DNA from: Octopus vulgaris
Lineage: Eukaryota
Direction of reading: 5' to 3'
NCBI GenBank assembly: GCA_951406725.2
Contig: OX597825.1
Coordinates: 63,860,001-63,924,000 of the forward strand
Length of the DNA stretch: 64,000 nucleotides
Numbering within the stretch: the first letter of the stretch is position 1; each line of letters opens with the position of its first letter. Under the pieces are notes generated by a model. It searched no databases, was not told the origin of the DNA, and worked only from the letters and a program-made list of their open reading frames with translations. Below are positions 29,962 through 45,354 of the stretch, piece by piece. Both the position numbers and the translations under genes were made by a program.

Positions 29962-31457
29962 TAATACTTGAAATGTTGGATTTTTATAACTCCCAGATCG
30001 GTATACCGTATACTTAGTAAAACCAATAAAGACATGATTATCTCTGATCGCCTACTATGTACTTTGATACTTCACGAACTTTACTTATAGTGACTAGGTT
30101 ATTCCATTCGTCACGTGTGAGAGGTGTACCATTATCACTAATTCCATACAACAATAACATTGGTGGGATTTGAACTGAGAACGTAAAGAACCGGACCAGA
30201 TACTGTAAATTTTGTTTCCGATACTATAACGTATCTGCCAATCCTATTTATTGCCATGCTACTGTTATTTCACTAAAATCTAACATATTTAAGCTTATAT
30301 TTTTGGAACCAAAACATTCGAAGATAGTGCTAAGCTATATTTGATTTCACTTAACTATAGGCATATGGCTCTATATCACAAGAAATACCAATTGCATATA
30401 GAATGCTTTGAGGTCTATGTCTTTTTTCGAAATTCGTTAGTTACGTAAGTCTTTCAGGATTGGGAAAATAAACTCGACATCGGATTCCATTTTTCGGCCG
30501 AATTTAGGACATGATTTATTACAAAGAATCATACCAAATGCGTGTTTTCTTCATTAACAATGTCTTTCAGAAGAATATCTTCAATTACACTTAGATTCGT
30601 TCCAAAATTTGTAGTTTCGATACTTTATAAAAAGTTGCATACATTTTCCGAAACGATACGATATGATAGTCGTTGATGGAAAGCCTGCGGCCGTAGGGCT
30701 GTCTGATAATTGCTAACCTAGGTATAAAGAGTAACTGCAATAAAAATACACTTATATGATTGTGCCCTCTCTTTCACTCTCTCTTCTCTAATTCAATGTT
30801 ATCTATCGATCACTCTTTTCTATAAGGCCAGGTGCTCTCTTGTTCATCTTGTTTCTTCAATACCACCACTTTCTTTTACGTTATTATCTTTAGTTAGCTT
30901 TTACAAGGGTAGGTGCGTTATAGGAGTATATGATAGGATACGTGAACAAGATGTGTCTGAAAGAGATGTAAAATGTTATAGAAACAGTACGAACATAAGA
31001 GAAGCTTACTGGTGCAGTTGCATCAAGTCACGGGTGATCTATGCTACAGGCTGAGTGAGAAATTGTATACAGATGTGACTATTCTGCCCTATACTAGCCC
31101 ATTGCTTTTTAGTACCGACTTGCTGTCGATAAAATAAATCAGATATTTCTGTGGAATATTATGTTTTCATTTAACAAAAAATGTAAATAAAAGTTTGCTT
31201 CAACGGGATTAGAACTCAGAATATTATTCGCGGGATCCAGTAGATGCTTTTTGTCCTAACGTCTAACGGTTATGTACGAATCCATTGCCAGCAAATGGTT
31301 CTTTCTTTAGCGTGTGATTTTTCAACCACCAATATCTAAACATTAGTGACAGAATGTTCTCTCATCAAATTATTGATCTTTTTCCGTTTCTCATTCTCTC
31401 CCAGCCATTTCTTTTTCCCCGCTTTATCTTACCTAGCTATATATTTCTCTGGTTCTT

Positions 31458-31512
<55 letters not shown>

Positions 31513-33035
31513 CTCTTTTCCGTCTCTCTTTCTCTCTCTCCTCTTCTCTGATCTCTTTATTCTCTGTTCGTAGTCCCTTTATATAACTTTCTCTATCTTC
31601 ATGTTTGTAGATGTATATATACCTGCATGCATACATATATGTATTTATGTGTGTGTATATGCATCTATATATATATATGTATATGTGTATATATGCATGT
31701 ATGTAGGTGTGTGTTTGTGTGTGTGTGTATACATGTATATGTATGTATATGAAAATCACACGATTTCTCTTTCCCTGTCACATTCATTTGTTCAATTTTA
31801 CTATTTCCTTTCCCTCTCTCATCTAAATACTCCTCCATTCTCTTTCCCTGTTAGTCGTCTTTGCTCGCCTTTTATTTCTTACTCTCTTCCTCTTACTACC
31901 CTCTCTTTACATCAAAATCTCTCATGCAATCCTTCATTTTATCTTTGCACTTCTCTCTCATATTGCTCAATTATGTCTGTGGCGTGCTCTCTCTTTTTCT
32001 TCTGCTCCGCCATTTATACATTTTTTCTACCGAATTTTTACTTCATTTTTCTTCTTTTACTTCCTTTACTTTCCTTCCTTCCTACCTTCCTTCCTTCCTT
32101 CTTTCCTTCCTACCTTCCTTCTTTTCTTTCTTTCCTTCTTTCTTTCTGTTCTTTAGTCTTTTCTTCTCTCTATTTTCCTATGCTGCTATATTTCATGATT
32201 ACCTCCCTCCATTAATCTCTATACCACACTCACTCTCTCTCTTTTTCTCTTTTTCTCTTTCTCTTCTTCCCCTCATTTACAACACGCATTGCCTCCTTCC
32301 CTTTCTGTTTACTTCAATATAGAATTTCTTAAGCAGCAGGCGACATTGATTGATAACATGGAGGAATCAGAGCACAACTTATTTCTCATCGGACACGCCA
32401 TTTAGTCATTGGACGAATACACGATCAGAATTTTTCTCAAGATCTGGAATTAAGTAAGAGCATCACATCAACGAAATTTTGCCGAACAAGGAAATCTAAC
32501 AAAGCCGAGAAGTAAATTAGTTACAAACCACATCTAAGAGGACAACTCCCAATGGAACTCTCTAATTTATAGGGTTTCTCTTCAGATACTCGAAAATAAC
32601 CATAAATCTAAGCGACAGAACTCTTTCCCGGTGATTCTTACTACGAAATAAGTAATAATTTAAATGAAACTGTTATCGGCAGGTTTTAATATATCGTTAC
32701 ATCAAATGAATAGATGCCATGAATCTTGTGCGACATCCTATTAAGCTATGGGTCAGCAAGCATCTTTTAAGTCGAAAGATAAGTTTGTATTAATATAAAA
32801 CTTAAATTAGAAAACAGACCAGGTCGTTGTGACATTTCCAGCATTTCAGAAGAACATTTCCCTAGCAACTGTCACTCTAGTCTCCAGTTTGCTGCGCGAC
32901 TGCCAGTTCAATTTAACATCAACAACACCATCCATCGCAGTCAATTTTTAACATTTCGAAGTTTAGGAAAGAGCGTGGTATGGAAAATATCAAATGTAAT
33001 GAAAAAAAATAAGAATATACAGACAAAAGAGGATG

Positions 33036-33106
<71 letters not shown>

Positions 33107-33445
33107 TAATAATAATAACAATAATAATAATAATAATAATAATAATGATAATAATAATAATAATATGCTGTTGCAATATATTCTAGTGGACTGCAAAAAC
33201 CTGTGGTTTAGTCAAGCACATTACATAACAATGGAGGGTGAGCCAAAGGTCAAATACCTAAAATTGTGTCTGTCTGTGTCTCTGTCCTTTCCTCTCTCTC
33301 TCTCTACATCTCTCCTTCTGTACACATATCTCTAGATTCTTGTATGTATATGTCTCTAAGTATTTTTATGTTATGAACACACACACAGACACAGGCACAT
33401 ACTAACCCCAAGATTCCAAGTTCGATTCAAAGCAGTGACATGAAC

Positions 33446-33520
<75 letters not shown>

Positions 33521-33521
<1 letters not shown>

Positions 33522-33700
33522 TCGAAAAATATTTTAGGAATGAGAGCCCAGGTTCGAAACTTTCCCAAGACATCTGATGAAGTCTGGACGGTATATCAGC
33601 CGAAACGTTGTGTTAACAACAAACACGATGAGGACAAATATCCGTCAAATGTGAATAATGTAGATAATTCCTCATCTCTTAAATATAAAACTATATTATC
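33521..33700 (+). mobile_element. Penelope-like terminal repeat fragment following (AAT)n
   Basis: Carries a canonical hammerhead; begins immediately after an (AAT)n tract. Confidence 0.65.
33569..33614 (+). ncRNA. Minimal type-I hammerhead ribozyme motif, canonical core
   Basis: gacau-CUGAUGA-a-GuCUG gacgguauau CAGcC-GAAA-CG-U-U-guguu; palindromic AACGUU stem III; one mismatch in stem II. Confidence 0.8.
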
Positions 33701-34199
33701 TATATCTATCTGCTATAAATAAACCCTGGATGCTGCAGCTTGAGAGTAAAATTCTTTGTATATATCAGTAATAGGCTGAAGAAATTCAAGAGTTACTTGG
33801 GCTTGCTTTGCATCCAAGAACCTAGTGCAGCCGAATAATAAAAATATTAAAATGTATGCTGAAAGTCTTCTAGCCTCTAGAAGCAGTCTGGTCTTCTATC
33901 CACGTCAAAAAATATACTGCATCGCGTGTCATGTCAAGGACTTGAGAGCGATTCACTTCTAGGGCCAGTGGGCTGTCACTTGTGAGCTGGATGTCATTCT
34001 TTGAATTTGTTGTCAGTCATGGACAGTTGTGCAACGTCACATCACGCGGGCAAAATCGAAAGAAACACACACTATAGCAAGTAAAAAGTGTACTGCCAAG
34101 AAAAAAATACGTAGTCTCTCTAGCAAAGAGAAATATTAATGTTCGTCATTCCATCTACGCCGGTCACAATCATTAATACATTTATTCACTAATCTTCAT

Positions 34200-35514
34200 T
34201 TTACTTTATTTAAGGAAAGGCAAAATGATATTATACTCTGTAGTTTCGCTTATTTTTCTTTCAGCAGTCAAGACAAATACTTTGACAGTTTCTTTGTCAA
34301 GTTCTTTGTGCAGTCACATATTTCAGCAACACATCAAATGAGAAGAACCATTTTATCAACTGATAGATTACTGCCACTGCTCACAGCATCAGTTGTCCAT
34401 CGTGTATCTGAGAGAGAATATTTTAATTCCTTCCACTTTCAGAAGAGTACATTTTATCTGCTTTATGTTATTTAGGTGTTTTGTCATTTTCAAATTTAAC
34501 ATATAGAAATCTATAAAAATTGGCATATTTGAGCCAAATCGATCTTTTTCATAAGAAGGCTGGCCTCCTTCCTCCTTAAACTTAGTCATAACAATTCACT
34601 CATTTCTTTTTTGAAGATTGGGTCTAATGTCTGACTATGGTGAGATAGGGACAGATACGCCTTTGTTGCTTGGTCTCCCAATTCCGTGACACCTGATACT
34701 GCTGATGTTAATGAGATCTATATGTATCTACAATTAATACTGAAACATGGAATGATGACGGTTTTGCCTTAGCACCTGAAGCAGCATGCTTTTTATGGGT
34801 CCCTGTAGAAAATGCCGACCTTGATTCTGAAGTTCTTCGATAGTTAAATATGGTATTTGCGACGACGCATCTTACTCTTTGATTTCTTCGCTCAGTCAAG
34901 AACCTGATAGATATAAACTATTACTATCAATGGGCCACATCTCTATGATACGTTTATGCTACTGCGTGGTAATTATAGAATAATATGCCATTCAAATAAC
35001 TGATTAATACTCTTTGAGAAACGATAGTTGTTTACATAAGCTTCATCATTTTGTTTCATTACCAGGAGGACCTCTATGATGAGGCAAGTACATATGTTTC
35101 AGTGTATATCGCAAAACACATGAATGTAGCAAGGCCTCCTCTGTCATTTCAAAGCCAACTTTATATTCCTTAAACTTATACTGCTTGTTGCATCCGCACT
35201 ATAATACCAAAAAACACAACATCGATCATTTCATTTCGAGATACCGCTTTAATGAAATTTCAAATCTGGAGGCAGAATCCGGTACCTTGTTTTGAATTTG
35301 CTTTCTGAAACCTTGGAGCAAAAGGCGTGTAAGTTCGTAAGGCTTCTTTCCCATTGTTTCCCATTCACGGGTTTCATACACCCCAAGCACAACTAACCGA
35401 AAATGTAGATAAACAAGTCGCAGATTTTATTTTACTTGTGCCTAACTGTTGCAGTTGTTGAGTCTTCCTTGCTGTCAACAATATCAAGCTGCCGACACAT
35501 ATGTTATTATAATT
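34200..35514 (-). pseudogene. Two exon-like remnants (35063-35514; start at 34903), Cys-rich/FN3/propeller-like
   Basis: Acceptors gcattag| and tctatcag|, donor ctg|gtaatg; peptides CLSTFSVSCAWG, YTPFAPRF, LQI*N, SNLSVD loosely echo the ROS ectodomain N-terminus; many stops. Confidence 0.3.
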
Positions 35515-36280
35515 CTAATGCAACAGAATTAATATTCACACTTTTTTTGATAGTGTAATCGATTTCACACTTGATATTTCTCTCAAATATTACTTTCCTT
35601 TTGCTTTCTATCTCCTCTGAAATTTTAATTGAATTTTTTGTAATTATTTTAAAAACAGCTTTGAATTTATTCCCGTCGGCTATCACAATGATAGTTGAAG
35701 CCTTCTCTAAATACCACCTCTGAAGAAGCTATGTTTCAATTATCTTTTAAATGTATTCCGGGTGAAATTTTTCAATATAAAGTCAATAAAGCAAAACACG
35801 ACATTTCTTCCCACAAGTGTGGAAGAAAACAAGTAATTAAGCACAAATTCCCTACTCAAAGGTTTTTGATAAATACAAGACAAAAACTGAAAACATCTAC
35901 CTAAATCACAAGTAATATACATGAGAACTACTAAAAGCTAGTTACCTGCTAGTAAGTGATAGTACTAATATTAGAAAAAGATAATGATAAAAATAGTTTC
36001 AAATTAATGACCAGAACTCCAGTATTTTGTGGGTAGAGTTGTAGATAACTGCGTATCTGCTACTTCTAAGCTGCTCTATAGTAATGATCGCATAACAACG
36101 ATAACCGAAGCAGGATGAAACGGGACTGGGTCTCGAAATGTAAAGAGTATTTTCTTCAAGTGATTAAAAATTTGGTTCGGAGATAAAAAAATACCACTTT
36201 TCTGTTTTCATGGAAATATTCATCCCTAAAATATATGCGCCTGAAACAGCTGCAGTGACCCTTCAACTCTCACCTGTGGT

Positions 36281-36400
<120 letters not shown>

Positions 36401-36416
36401 TATATACATACATGCA

Positions 36417-36512
<96 letters not shown>

Positions 36513-37207
36513 TTGTAAACTGAACTGTTCGATTTATAATATAAGTTTTTTTTACATATTGATTTTAAGGTTACTAATATAGTAAAGTAGAAAATATTTC
36601 ATAACTCCGTATGTGTTAATTCTGTACACACCATGAATAAGATACGTTCTTTTTTTAACCTCTACGGTTCATGAACAAATACCAGATATTCTTCAACATC
36701 GCTGTAACTTTACTGCCGATAGCTAATTTAAATCATGTGCAACTTCAAATGGGGACTTTCGGATTTAATTTAAATCTTTACTGTAGGCACCACACTAATT
36801 ATTAGTGTGTAACATATTCAAGATGTCGATTTAATTGGTCTTTAATGTTCAGAATACATTTCTCATACAGAGGATTTCCAATGATTAACAAACGAAACAA
36901 GCGTTATACCCCATGGGCGTGATAAGCTGATAAATGCCATAGAAACTCATTAACCATACATTCGTTTATTAAAAAATCATTAGCAATTCTTTTTTCCAAT
37001 ACATCTCGGAATTATCTAAAATATTACCTCGCAAAAAATAATGAAATGTATATCAATTGCTAGTTGATTCTTATTAGACACTAATGATTATTTCTATATT
37101 AAGTATATGACGACTATTTTGTGAGGAGCGTCTTAGCTAATTAAAACTATCCGAAAACATTACTGTTTTTCTTTTTTCATCGAATCAGAAAGACTGAAAT
37201 AATAATA

Positions 37208-37419
37208 TACTTTTCTACTCTACGTACACGGCTGAAATTTTGGGGAAGGGCACCAGTCAATTAGATCGACTCCAGTACGCAACAGTACTTAATTTATGGA
37301 CCCCGAAAGAATGAAAGGCAAAGTCGATCTCAGCGGAATTTGAACTCAGAACGTAGCGGTAGGCGAAATACTGCTAAGCATTTCGCCTGGCGTGCTAACG
37401 TATCTGCCAGCTCGCCACC
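37208..37419 (-). mobile_element. Full-length tRNA-derived SINE (alternative 3' tail)
   Basis: Head ggtggcgagctggcaga, core, and tail cccaaaatttcagccgtgtacgtagagtagaaaag; diverged flanking repeat actgaaa.aa.aatat. Confidence 0.88.
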
Positions 37420-39174
37420 TTACTGAAAAGAAAATATTACCGTAGCTGAATGATTACTCAGAACCTAAAGAGCAAGACGAACTCCAGCAATTAGTTTGTG
37501 CAGCATTCTAATGAATCTGCCAACCCATCACCCAATTAAATATAGGTAATAAGTGCCATTTTGACCCCAAATCACATCTAACCTAAATATGCAATCACAA
37601 ATTGACAATTAGTCTGGACTGAAAGCTGAAATTCCAGTGATTATTATGACATTAGTTATCAATATATTGAAATCAAGTAGCTGAGTTGATGATGCGTTGC
37701 CCAGCAAATTCATTGTTTGCTGGGTCATAAGGGGATAAGCTCACTTTATTTCATTTCCTCTTTGTAATTAAGCCTGCCATGCTCTTGAGAATACAATTTA
37801 GATAATACTGAAAGTTACCACATCAAACAGGACCTGGAAATCTCTTGTGGCTAGAGACACAACGATGGAGAAGGCTTAGCGATATGTAGTTGTTACAGTA
37901 CGTTGCACTTCACCATTGTATTAGTATTGACACTTTAAAATATTGTGTCTAATTTCTCTTGTGGTTTTAACTTAATGATGAATTCTTCCGCTAAAATAAC
38001 TTACCTAAGATGCTCAACTAAAAGACGCAAACTTCAATTGCAATTTTCTGAAGACATGCTATCATTCTTGTGGCTTTTGTGGCGTAATGTGTTTAACAGT
38101 GATTAAAAGGGTTCATATATATCTAATGAAACTTATATGGTCAACATATCTTGTTTAGCCAATATCCCTTGAATGGAGACGTATTAATTAAAAGCACAAA
38201 CTACAACTTATACTAAACCATTAAAGCACGTAATTTGAAGATATTTTACATTATTTTATTATCAATACTACTGTTTTGTAAGACGGTACTGGTTGAATTG
38301 ATGTACTGATTGATATACAAATGCATTATGCTATCTAACAGCAACACTCGGCCCTGTTATATATAAAAGTAAACCTTACGCGAATATTTGTATCGTATCA
38401 CCTCAAGAAATTAGTAAAATTTTGAGATTAAATTTCATATATTAACATTATTCTGATCATCGTTTAAAATAGATATTACAAATAACAATAGAACTTGGTA
38501 TCATATTGCTGTTTTGGTGAAAAAGACACAAAATGATATAAATACAATATATATGCTATCTGATTAAGAATATATACCATCTCAATTTGATTCTTTAAAC
38601 ACTGCTTAATTGAGCACATTTCATTTTCAAACTTCCAAAGTTTTCTCACGTGGAAATGATAAACATTAATATTACCATTAACTAATAAATCACAGAATTC
38701 ATTTAACATGCGTTGGGTTTCTTATTATACGTTTCCTTGTCTTCATTCACTCACGTCCTCACCGAAACTTCCTCACACTCTGATAGCATCCATTACACTA
38801 ATGTGCAATTGCAGTGTTATTTGATACAGCTCAAGTGTTACAAGCTAGCTGGTCTGCTGGACTACGATTCATATTACAAAGTGACCGACACATACTAGAG
38901 CAGATGAACTATGTATTGCCTGGTATGTGAATAAGATTACTATGTCATGCCAGTTTCAGAAACATGAAAGATAATTGATATTTGCTAATCTTTTATTATA
39001 ACACAGTTTTAAATAGATGGATTATATACATTTCTAAATCATATAATGCGTGTATTTACAGATATATGTGTTCGTGCGTGTGTATTTATATACTGTGTTG
39101 GAAATATTACCCTGTTGTCTAAATAATACGATACACATTCGACGCTTCTAAATTAAAAGCAAAATATGCTTGTT

Positions 39175-39337
39175 AGGAGTGTTTGTGAGCTAAGAAGCTT
39201 GTTTAAGAACCACATGGTTCCGTGTTCAGTCCCACTGCTTGGCACGTTGAGCACGTGTTTCTACTATAGCCTCGGGCCGACCAAAGCATTCTGAGTGGAT
39301 TCGGTTGACGGAAACTGAAAGAAGCCCGTCCTATATA

Positions 39338-39396
<59 letters not shown>

Positions 39397-39620
39397 ATGT
39401 ATGTATGTATGTATGTATGTATGTATGTATGTGTGTATATGCTTGTGTGTCTGTCCACCCAACATCGCTTGAAAACAGATGCTGGTGTGTTTACATCCCC
39501 GTTAGCTAGCGGTTCAGCAAAAGGGACCGATAGAATAAGTACTAGGCTTACAAAGAATAAGTGTTGAGTGTCCAACTTGGCCGCAGTCAAATTACTGAAA
39601 CAAGTAAAAGAGTAAAAGAG
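39175..39620 (+). mobile_element. tRNA-derived SINE with internal (AT)n/(GTAT)n expansion
   Basis: ggttccgtgttcagtcccact...ctatagcctcgggccgaccaaagc...gacggaaactgaaagaagcccgtc, microsatellite, then gatagaataagtactaggcttacaaagaataagt; relatives at 415-540(-), 45120-45270 and 54090-54370. Confidence 0.8.
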
Positions 39621-41168
39621 TATAGGCATATATATATATACATGCATGTGTGCATTTATGGATAGGCGAATGGATTGATGGATGGATGGCCCTATGAATA
39701 TATGTATATGCATTACCCTCTTGTACTATCTTATATCTCTCCCCACAACTACACACTCAATAATACTATAAAATAGTTAAATTTTTCCCCAAGAACGTAG
39801 TTCAATTTGAAAATTCCACTAGAATGGACGAAAGTGCTAAGATATATGATATATGATATATGATGTATAAAAACATGTAATATACAAATATATATCTCTA
39901 AATATAAAACCATCCGAATTTCTGAGTACCTCATTTCTTCTAATATAAAATACCTGTACATCATCTCCAAACCTTCTAATATATGTATATGCATATAACT
40001 TTATACATATTGAAAGATATTCATAAACAATACCAAGAGTACTGTTTAAAATGTTTATAGAAATTATGGTTAATAAATTGCTGAGAGGTCACCCGAATCA
40101 CCCTGTAAAATTTAGGCTGGACTATTCATAATTAGATGATATATCTGTCATTTTGATGTTTATGAACTCCAACTAAACGAAAAGAAACAAATGAGGTTTC
40201 AAGAAATAATGACCGAAGTGCGGATGTTAACGTACGATTTCGGAAGATATAGCACCGAAATGTAACACATAATTCATTAATTATCTAGTAACCATTTATT
40301 CTCAACACGCATTGTATACCATATGTGTATACATTGACCTAATTTAAGTTTAGAAGTACACTTACATTAGACCCAGTGTGGTTCCAAAGAACAGTAATTA
40401 TTCCAAGATATTTAGATTGTCCCTTAAGTTATTCATTTGTGTCATTTAGTGAATTATAAAATATGTATTTAAGGCAAAATTTAATCCTTGAAAAAGTCTC
40501 ATAAATATATTATTAATCAGTTAAGGAGACTATTTCTATAAAGTAAAATGGTCTCAATAATTACTCTGTCCTTTTATGTTACGATGATCGAAGGAATGGT
40601 TCAGAATTATATCTGTTTAAGTAGATATTAATCAACTTACTGTAAGTCTTTCGTTTACGGAAACGACCTATTTCTCATTGCACTTGGTGATATGCGTAGA
40701 CATTTATGAATCACAAGCAACGCTAAGCATTCAGCTATAGATATTACAATTCATGTGATAAGAGTTTAAAAGCAAATTAACGTGCAAGCAACAAGCTTAA
40801 TGTCTATTTTCAATAATGGAACTGCAATGGATAATGAATACACTTGATAGATATTGATAAAGAGCCGAGGATTAAACTTCTGATCTGAATTAACTGAGAC
40901 CAAAGTATATAAATTAACTTTCTTCTTCGTAAGGAATTGAATAGTAGTTAATTATTTTTCGGCTTTATTTTTGCTATATAGAAAAATATGTCATATTAAC
41001 ATAGATTTTATACATGCTCAGTGGCTGATATTTGTAAAAGAAGAGATGAATACTTAGATTGACCTCGCTGGTAAGAGATATAAGATAACTAATTACTAGC
41101 TATAAAATATCTACTTGTCAGTTATCCCCAAAGTTTCAAGATTCCCTTTACAGAAAAGTAGCTTTATC

Positions 41169-41238
<70 letters not shown>

Positions 41239-41364
41239 TCATATGTTTGTATATTTAAGTGTGTGAGTGTATGTATGCATGTGTATGTGTGTTTGTGACT
41301 ATGTGTGCGTGTGTTTGTGACTATGTGTGCGTGTGGTGATATTTTGAAATCATTTAATACGTAG

Positions 41365-41675
41365 GTTCCAGGTTAGCTTCATATATAAATCTCTCATGGA
41401 AGCGCCATCCAACCAAAATGCAAATATATGGGAAACTACCACCTGTGTCATCTGTTGTGAAAGGCAAGAGAGGCCAGTTTGCTGGACATTGTTGTAGAGC
41501 TGAAACAGAGGTAATTTCTACTCTTCTCCTCTGGAAGCCATCTACTCGCAATATCAGAGGGCGCACACAGGCATCCAGCAAGAGGACCTCCGTAATGCCA
41601 TGATGGACCGTGAAGTCTGGCGTAGCATGGTAAATTCCATTGTCTCGACCACGGTCGAACAATGATGATGATGAT
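41365..41675 (+). mobile_element. RTE-clade LINE 3' end with (GAT)n tail
   Basis: SWKRHPTKMQIYGKLPPVS...RGQFAGHCCR...LLLWKP; tail aatgatgatgatgat. Confidence 0.85.
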
Positions 41676-42931
41676 ATAAGAGGTGATGTATGCTTTACAG
41701 AATACCTTACTCTGTTACGTCATATCAGAATATGAAGCAATTGATAGAATTGATTGCAATATTTTAATATATATGGCTACAGCTATGATTATCGGCAACT
41801 AGTGTTTGGAGGATTTATATGTACACAAAGGGACGAAATAAGGGAGATACAATAAGAGAAAGAGAGAGACAGACAGAAAGAAAGAAAGAAAGAAAAGAAA
41901 TCGAAGTAGTTGGGAAGGATAGAACTGAAGATATACAAGTGTCTAACGGAAATGGGATCGTTGTATCTGTTAGAATACTACCTCTAATTCTTAAGATTAC
42001 TTTACAAAGAAACAGATAGAATCATTCCATTTCCTTCATATTTGTATTCATCCATACATGTTAATTTATTTTTACCTTTCCATACTAACTCGCTTATCCT
42101 CTCTTTTTCCCACTCTCTTTTGTCTTTCAATTACCTTTTTAGCCCTCTTCATTCTGCCCGTCTTTATACATATCCGTCCTCCTAACTTAGCGAATTACAG
42201 CTATAACTATATATATTGCAATATTTCAATCAATTTCCCCATATATTGAAATGCATTAACTGAGGAAGGTATGACGTAATGGATTCATTTCCTATTATGT
42301 ATTACGCACATCTGTAATGTACGTAATAATTGATTTCAAAATATCACTTCTAGCTTTGATTCCATTGTTACAACGCATATGACTCGATGCTAGTACGAGC
42401 TAGTTGGTCCAGACTTTGTTTATGTAGATTAAATAAGTACAAGTTGAAGATAGGAGTTGATGTAATCGACTAGTCCCCACTATCAAAACTGCTGACCTGT
42501 GAGAATATGTGCTACCATTATTTTCTTGACGTATATAAGAGAGGTAGCGAAGAATGAAATTCAGAATATAATTTAAATAACGTATAAAGACATTGGTTAC
42601 GTAATACTATAAATACCTGACACCACTTCGTTTATATAGTTGTTAGGTTGTTTCACTCAATGTTTCGAATCCCGGATCGGGTGCTGCGTGGCCTTGTTGA
42701 GCAAAATACTTCAATGGACATTGCTTGACGATAATTTTAATATCTCACCTGTGGGAGATACAATGTTAGTTTTATGTGGTACAGATAGTCAACATAGAAG
42801 AAAATATCAAACACTAAATTCACCTTTGCTGTGATGTAGTATGAGAGTAGAAATGTCGGCGAAATGAACGATTAACTTCCAGAATGGCTACATTTCGTTC
42901 AGTTTGTAGCGAAATTGTCTACCTACGAAAT

Positions 42932-43062
42932 TACCTACCTACCTTCCTATCTACCTATCTGCCTACCTACCTATGTGCCTACCTACGTGCCTTCCTGCCT
43001 ACCTACCTATCTACAAACATACCTACCTACTAGCTTGCCTACCTAATCTACTTTACCTATAT
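42932..43062. repeat. Degenerate (CCTA)n tetranucleotide tract
   Basis: Read directly. Confidence 0.9.
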
Positions 43063-43149
43063 AAATACCTAATCAGCGACCAACCTATATATCTAACTAC
43101 ATATATGTGATACGTATGTGTGTGTATGTGTATGTGTGCGTGTGTGTGT

Positions 43150-43875
43150 ATAGCTAACTAAATTTGCCCTCGGCAATACAGTCATGCATCTGCCCAGTGA
43201 GGCTGATGATACAAAGATATCGCAGGAGTTCAGCTGACACTGACGACAGGCAAAACGATTTGCATGCAATCAACAAATGAGTTGATGAAAATAACACGCA
43301 CTTCAACAGACTGAGAAGCTTCAAGCACTCTAATGTCGGCCCACAAGCAGAGTACAATTGGAACACACAGGACCAGAGGGCAGTGCAGTCTCAGTCATAC
43401 TCGATGCGTGACCTGGGAATCCACATAAATAATGCTATAACATTTCTCCTGCATCTTACCAAAATGGCATCATTGCGCAGGTGGGTAGCTGGATGGATAC
43501 TGAGATCATTCAGAACCACAAAAATACAACGACTACCATGCTACTCCTATTGAAACTTTTACTCTCAACCGTCTTGGATTACTGCTCCCTATTGTTGTCA
43601 TCGCTGAGCATCAAACCGTCGGCGGAATTTGAGGCAATCCAGGGCCACTACACAAAGAAGATTGACTAGGTAAAATAGTTGAGCCACTGGCAAAGGCTAA
43701 AGGAACTGGAGCTCTACCCCTAGGGATAAGGCATGAACGATATGAAGAGATATACAATCGGTAGTTCCTGGAATGTCTGCCACCTAACTCTGGAAGTGAA
43801 ATCTGTATCAACCACTGAAATGGATAGCACTGCAGATTCCACCTTCACCATCTAAAATATGGGTCCACTACTGTA
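43150..43875 (+). mobile_element. CR1/L2-type LINE 3' fragment, degenerate
   Basis: MRDLGIHI...GWILRSF...LDYCS...EFEAIQGHYTKKI...HWQRLKELELYPL..RHERY. Confidence 0.8.
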
Positions 43876-43884
43876 ATATATGGG

Positions 43885-44365
43885 ACATAAGCCCACAGGT
43901 CCGAAATGGTTGGACACTGCACGAGTGCGTGCAGAACGGTTTCGTCGCGCTGACTGCATCTCGGGCAACTCGGTCCGGTGTATCTCGAACCGTGCCTGTT
44001 GAGCTTATCCCGAACGGGCAATGCTTCACGATAGCACTGCCGGTCCAGAAATCTCTGGTGATTGACATTAGGTCTCTGCCCGAAAGTTGTCATGAACAGG
44101 CGTGTCAGGCGTTCCCTGTTGATACCCAGATTCTCCCCGAGAACGTCGTCGCACTTTCCCTCCACTAATCCTCTATAGAACGCCTTCGAGGAATTGAAGT
44201 CGTACAAGTTTGATCCCGGACAGCAGAGTTGCTTGAAAGCAAGGCGGCGCTCGCGGTGCCATTTTCCAAGCTTCGGTCTCTGTTTGATCCACGACTGCTG
44301 TTCGGCCAAAGAGACGAGCTGCAGGAAAGTGCGCCTCACAAACGGCGACCACACCACTCACAGTC
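43885..44365 (-). mobile_element. L1/Tx1-type LINE fragment (zf-RVT-like CCHC region)
   Basis: GC-rich; REALPVRDKL...CPRC...ETVLHALVQC....LW. Confidence 0.8.
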
Positions 44366-45354
44366 GTCTATGTCGCGAGTCTCATCACATGTCTACGCGT
44401 CATCAACCACATGCCCAACACTCAATTTAGCGAGTGTTGACAGCAAATGGATCGCCTAACCATCGGAATGCTTAGACACACATATATGTTTATACATACG
44501 TTTAAGTACAGATATTTATTCATATGCTTGCTCATTTCATTATATCATACTAATTCGTAATTTACCAGCATTTTTAAGGTAAAGTAAGTCTCATTTAGTA
44601 ATGCAGAATAACGATTTTCTCTCACCTCTGATTATGAAATTACTGTAATATTATCTGAAAGAGAATCAACATCAATCTAGCATATAGAAACCACACAGCT
44701 GGATACGTTTTAGAATCTATAATATGATTGTTTTAATAAACTGTCGCTCTTGAGTATTTCTGTGTATTGTTATTTGTTCCATTAGAATCAACAATCCAAT
44801 CGAATCGCTTAATCCGTGGAAGTACATAAACAAAGCAGACCGATTCCCACCAGTGCGTGCGTATTTCATTTCTATAATTTATATATACACACATGCGTAT
44901 ACATACACACACACACACACATACATACATATTTATACATAATGTTGGTTTATATATATATGTATATATATATGGAGAGAGAGAGAGAGAAAGAGATAGA
45001 GACATACATACATGTATGCATGGACATATATATATAAATATAGTCACATCTATGTATATAAATATACACACATACATATATGCATGTATATATAAAAATG
45101 TACTCGTATTTATGTCAACGTATTGCAGTTGTTCGGCGAATGACACCGATTGAATAAGTACTTGGCTTTACAGAAATAGATACTAGGATCGATCCATTCG
45201 ACTGAAACAGTCTTCAAGGCGGTGCCCTAACATGGCCTCATCCTAATGACTGAAGCAAGTAATAAATAAGAGAGAGAGAGAGAAAGAGAGATGTCAAAAA
45301 TGCAGACAGACAGAGACAGAGACAGAAACAGAGTGTGAGTGGGAGCTGGCATAA

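Noticed and set aside
31601-32322. Hydrophobic membrane-protein-like ORFs
   Set aside because: Low-complexity pyrimidine tract ((CT)n, (TTCC)n).
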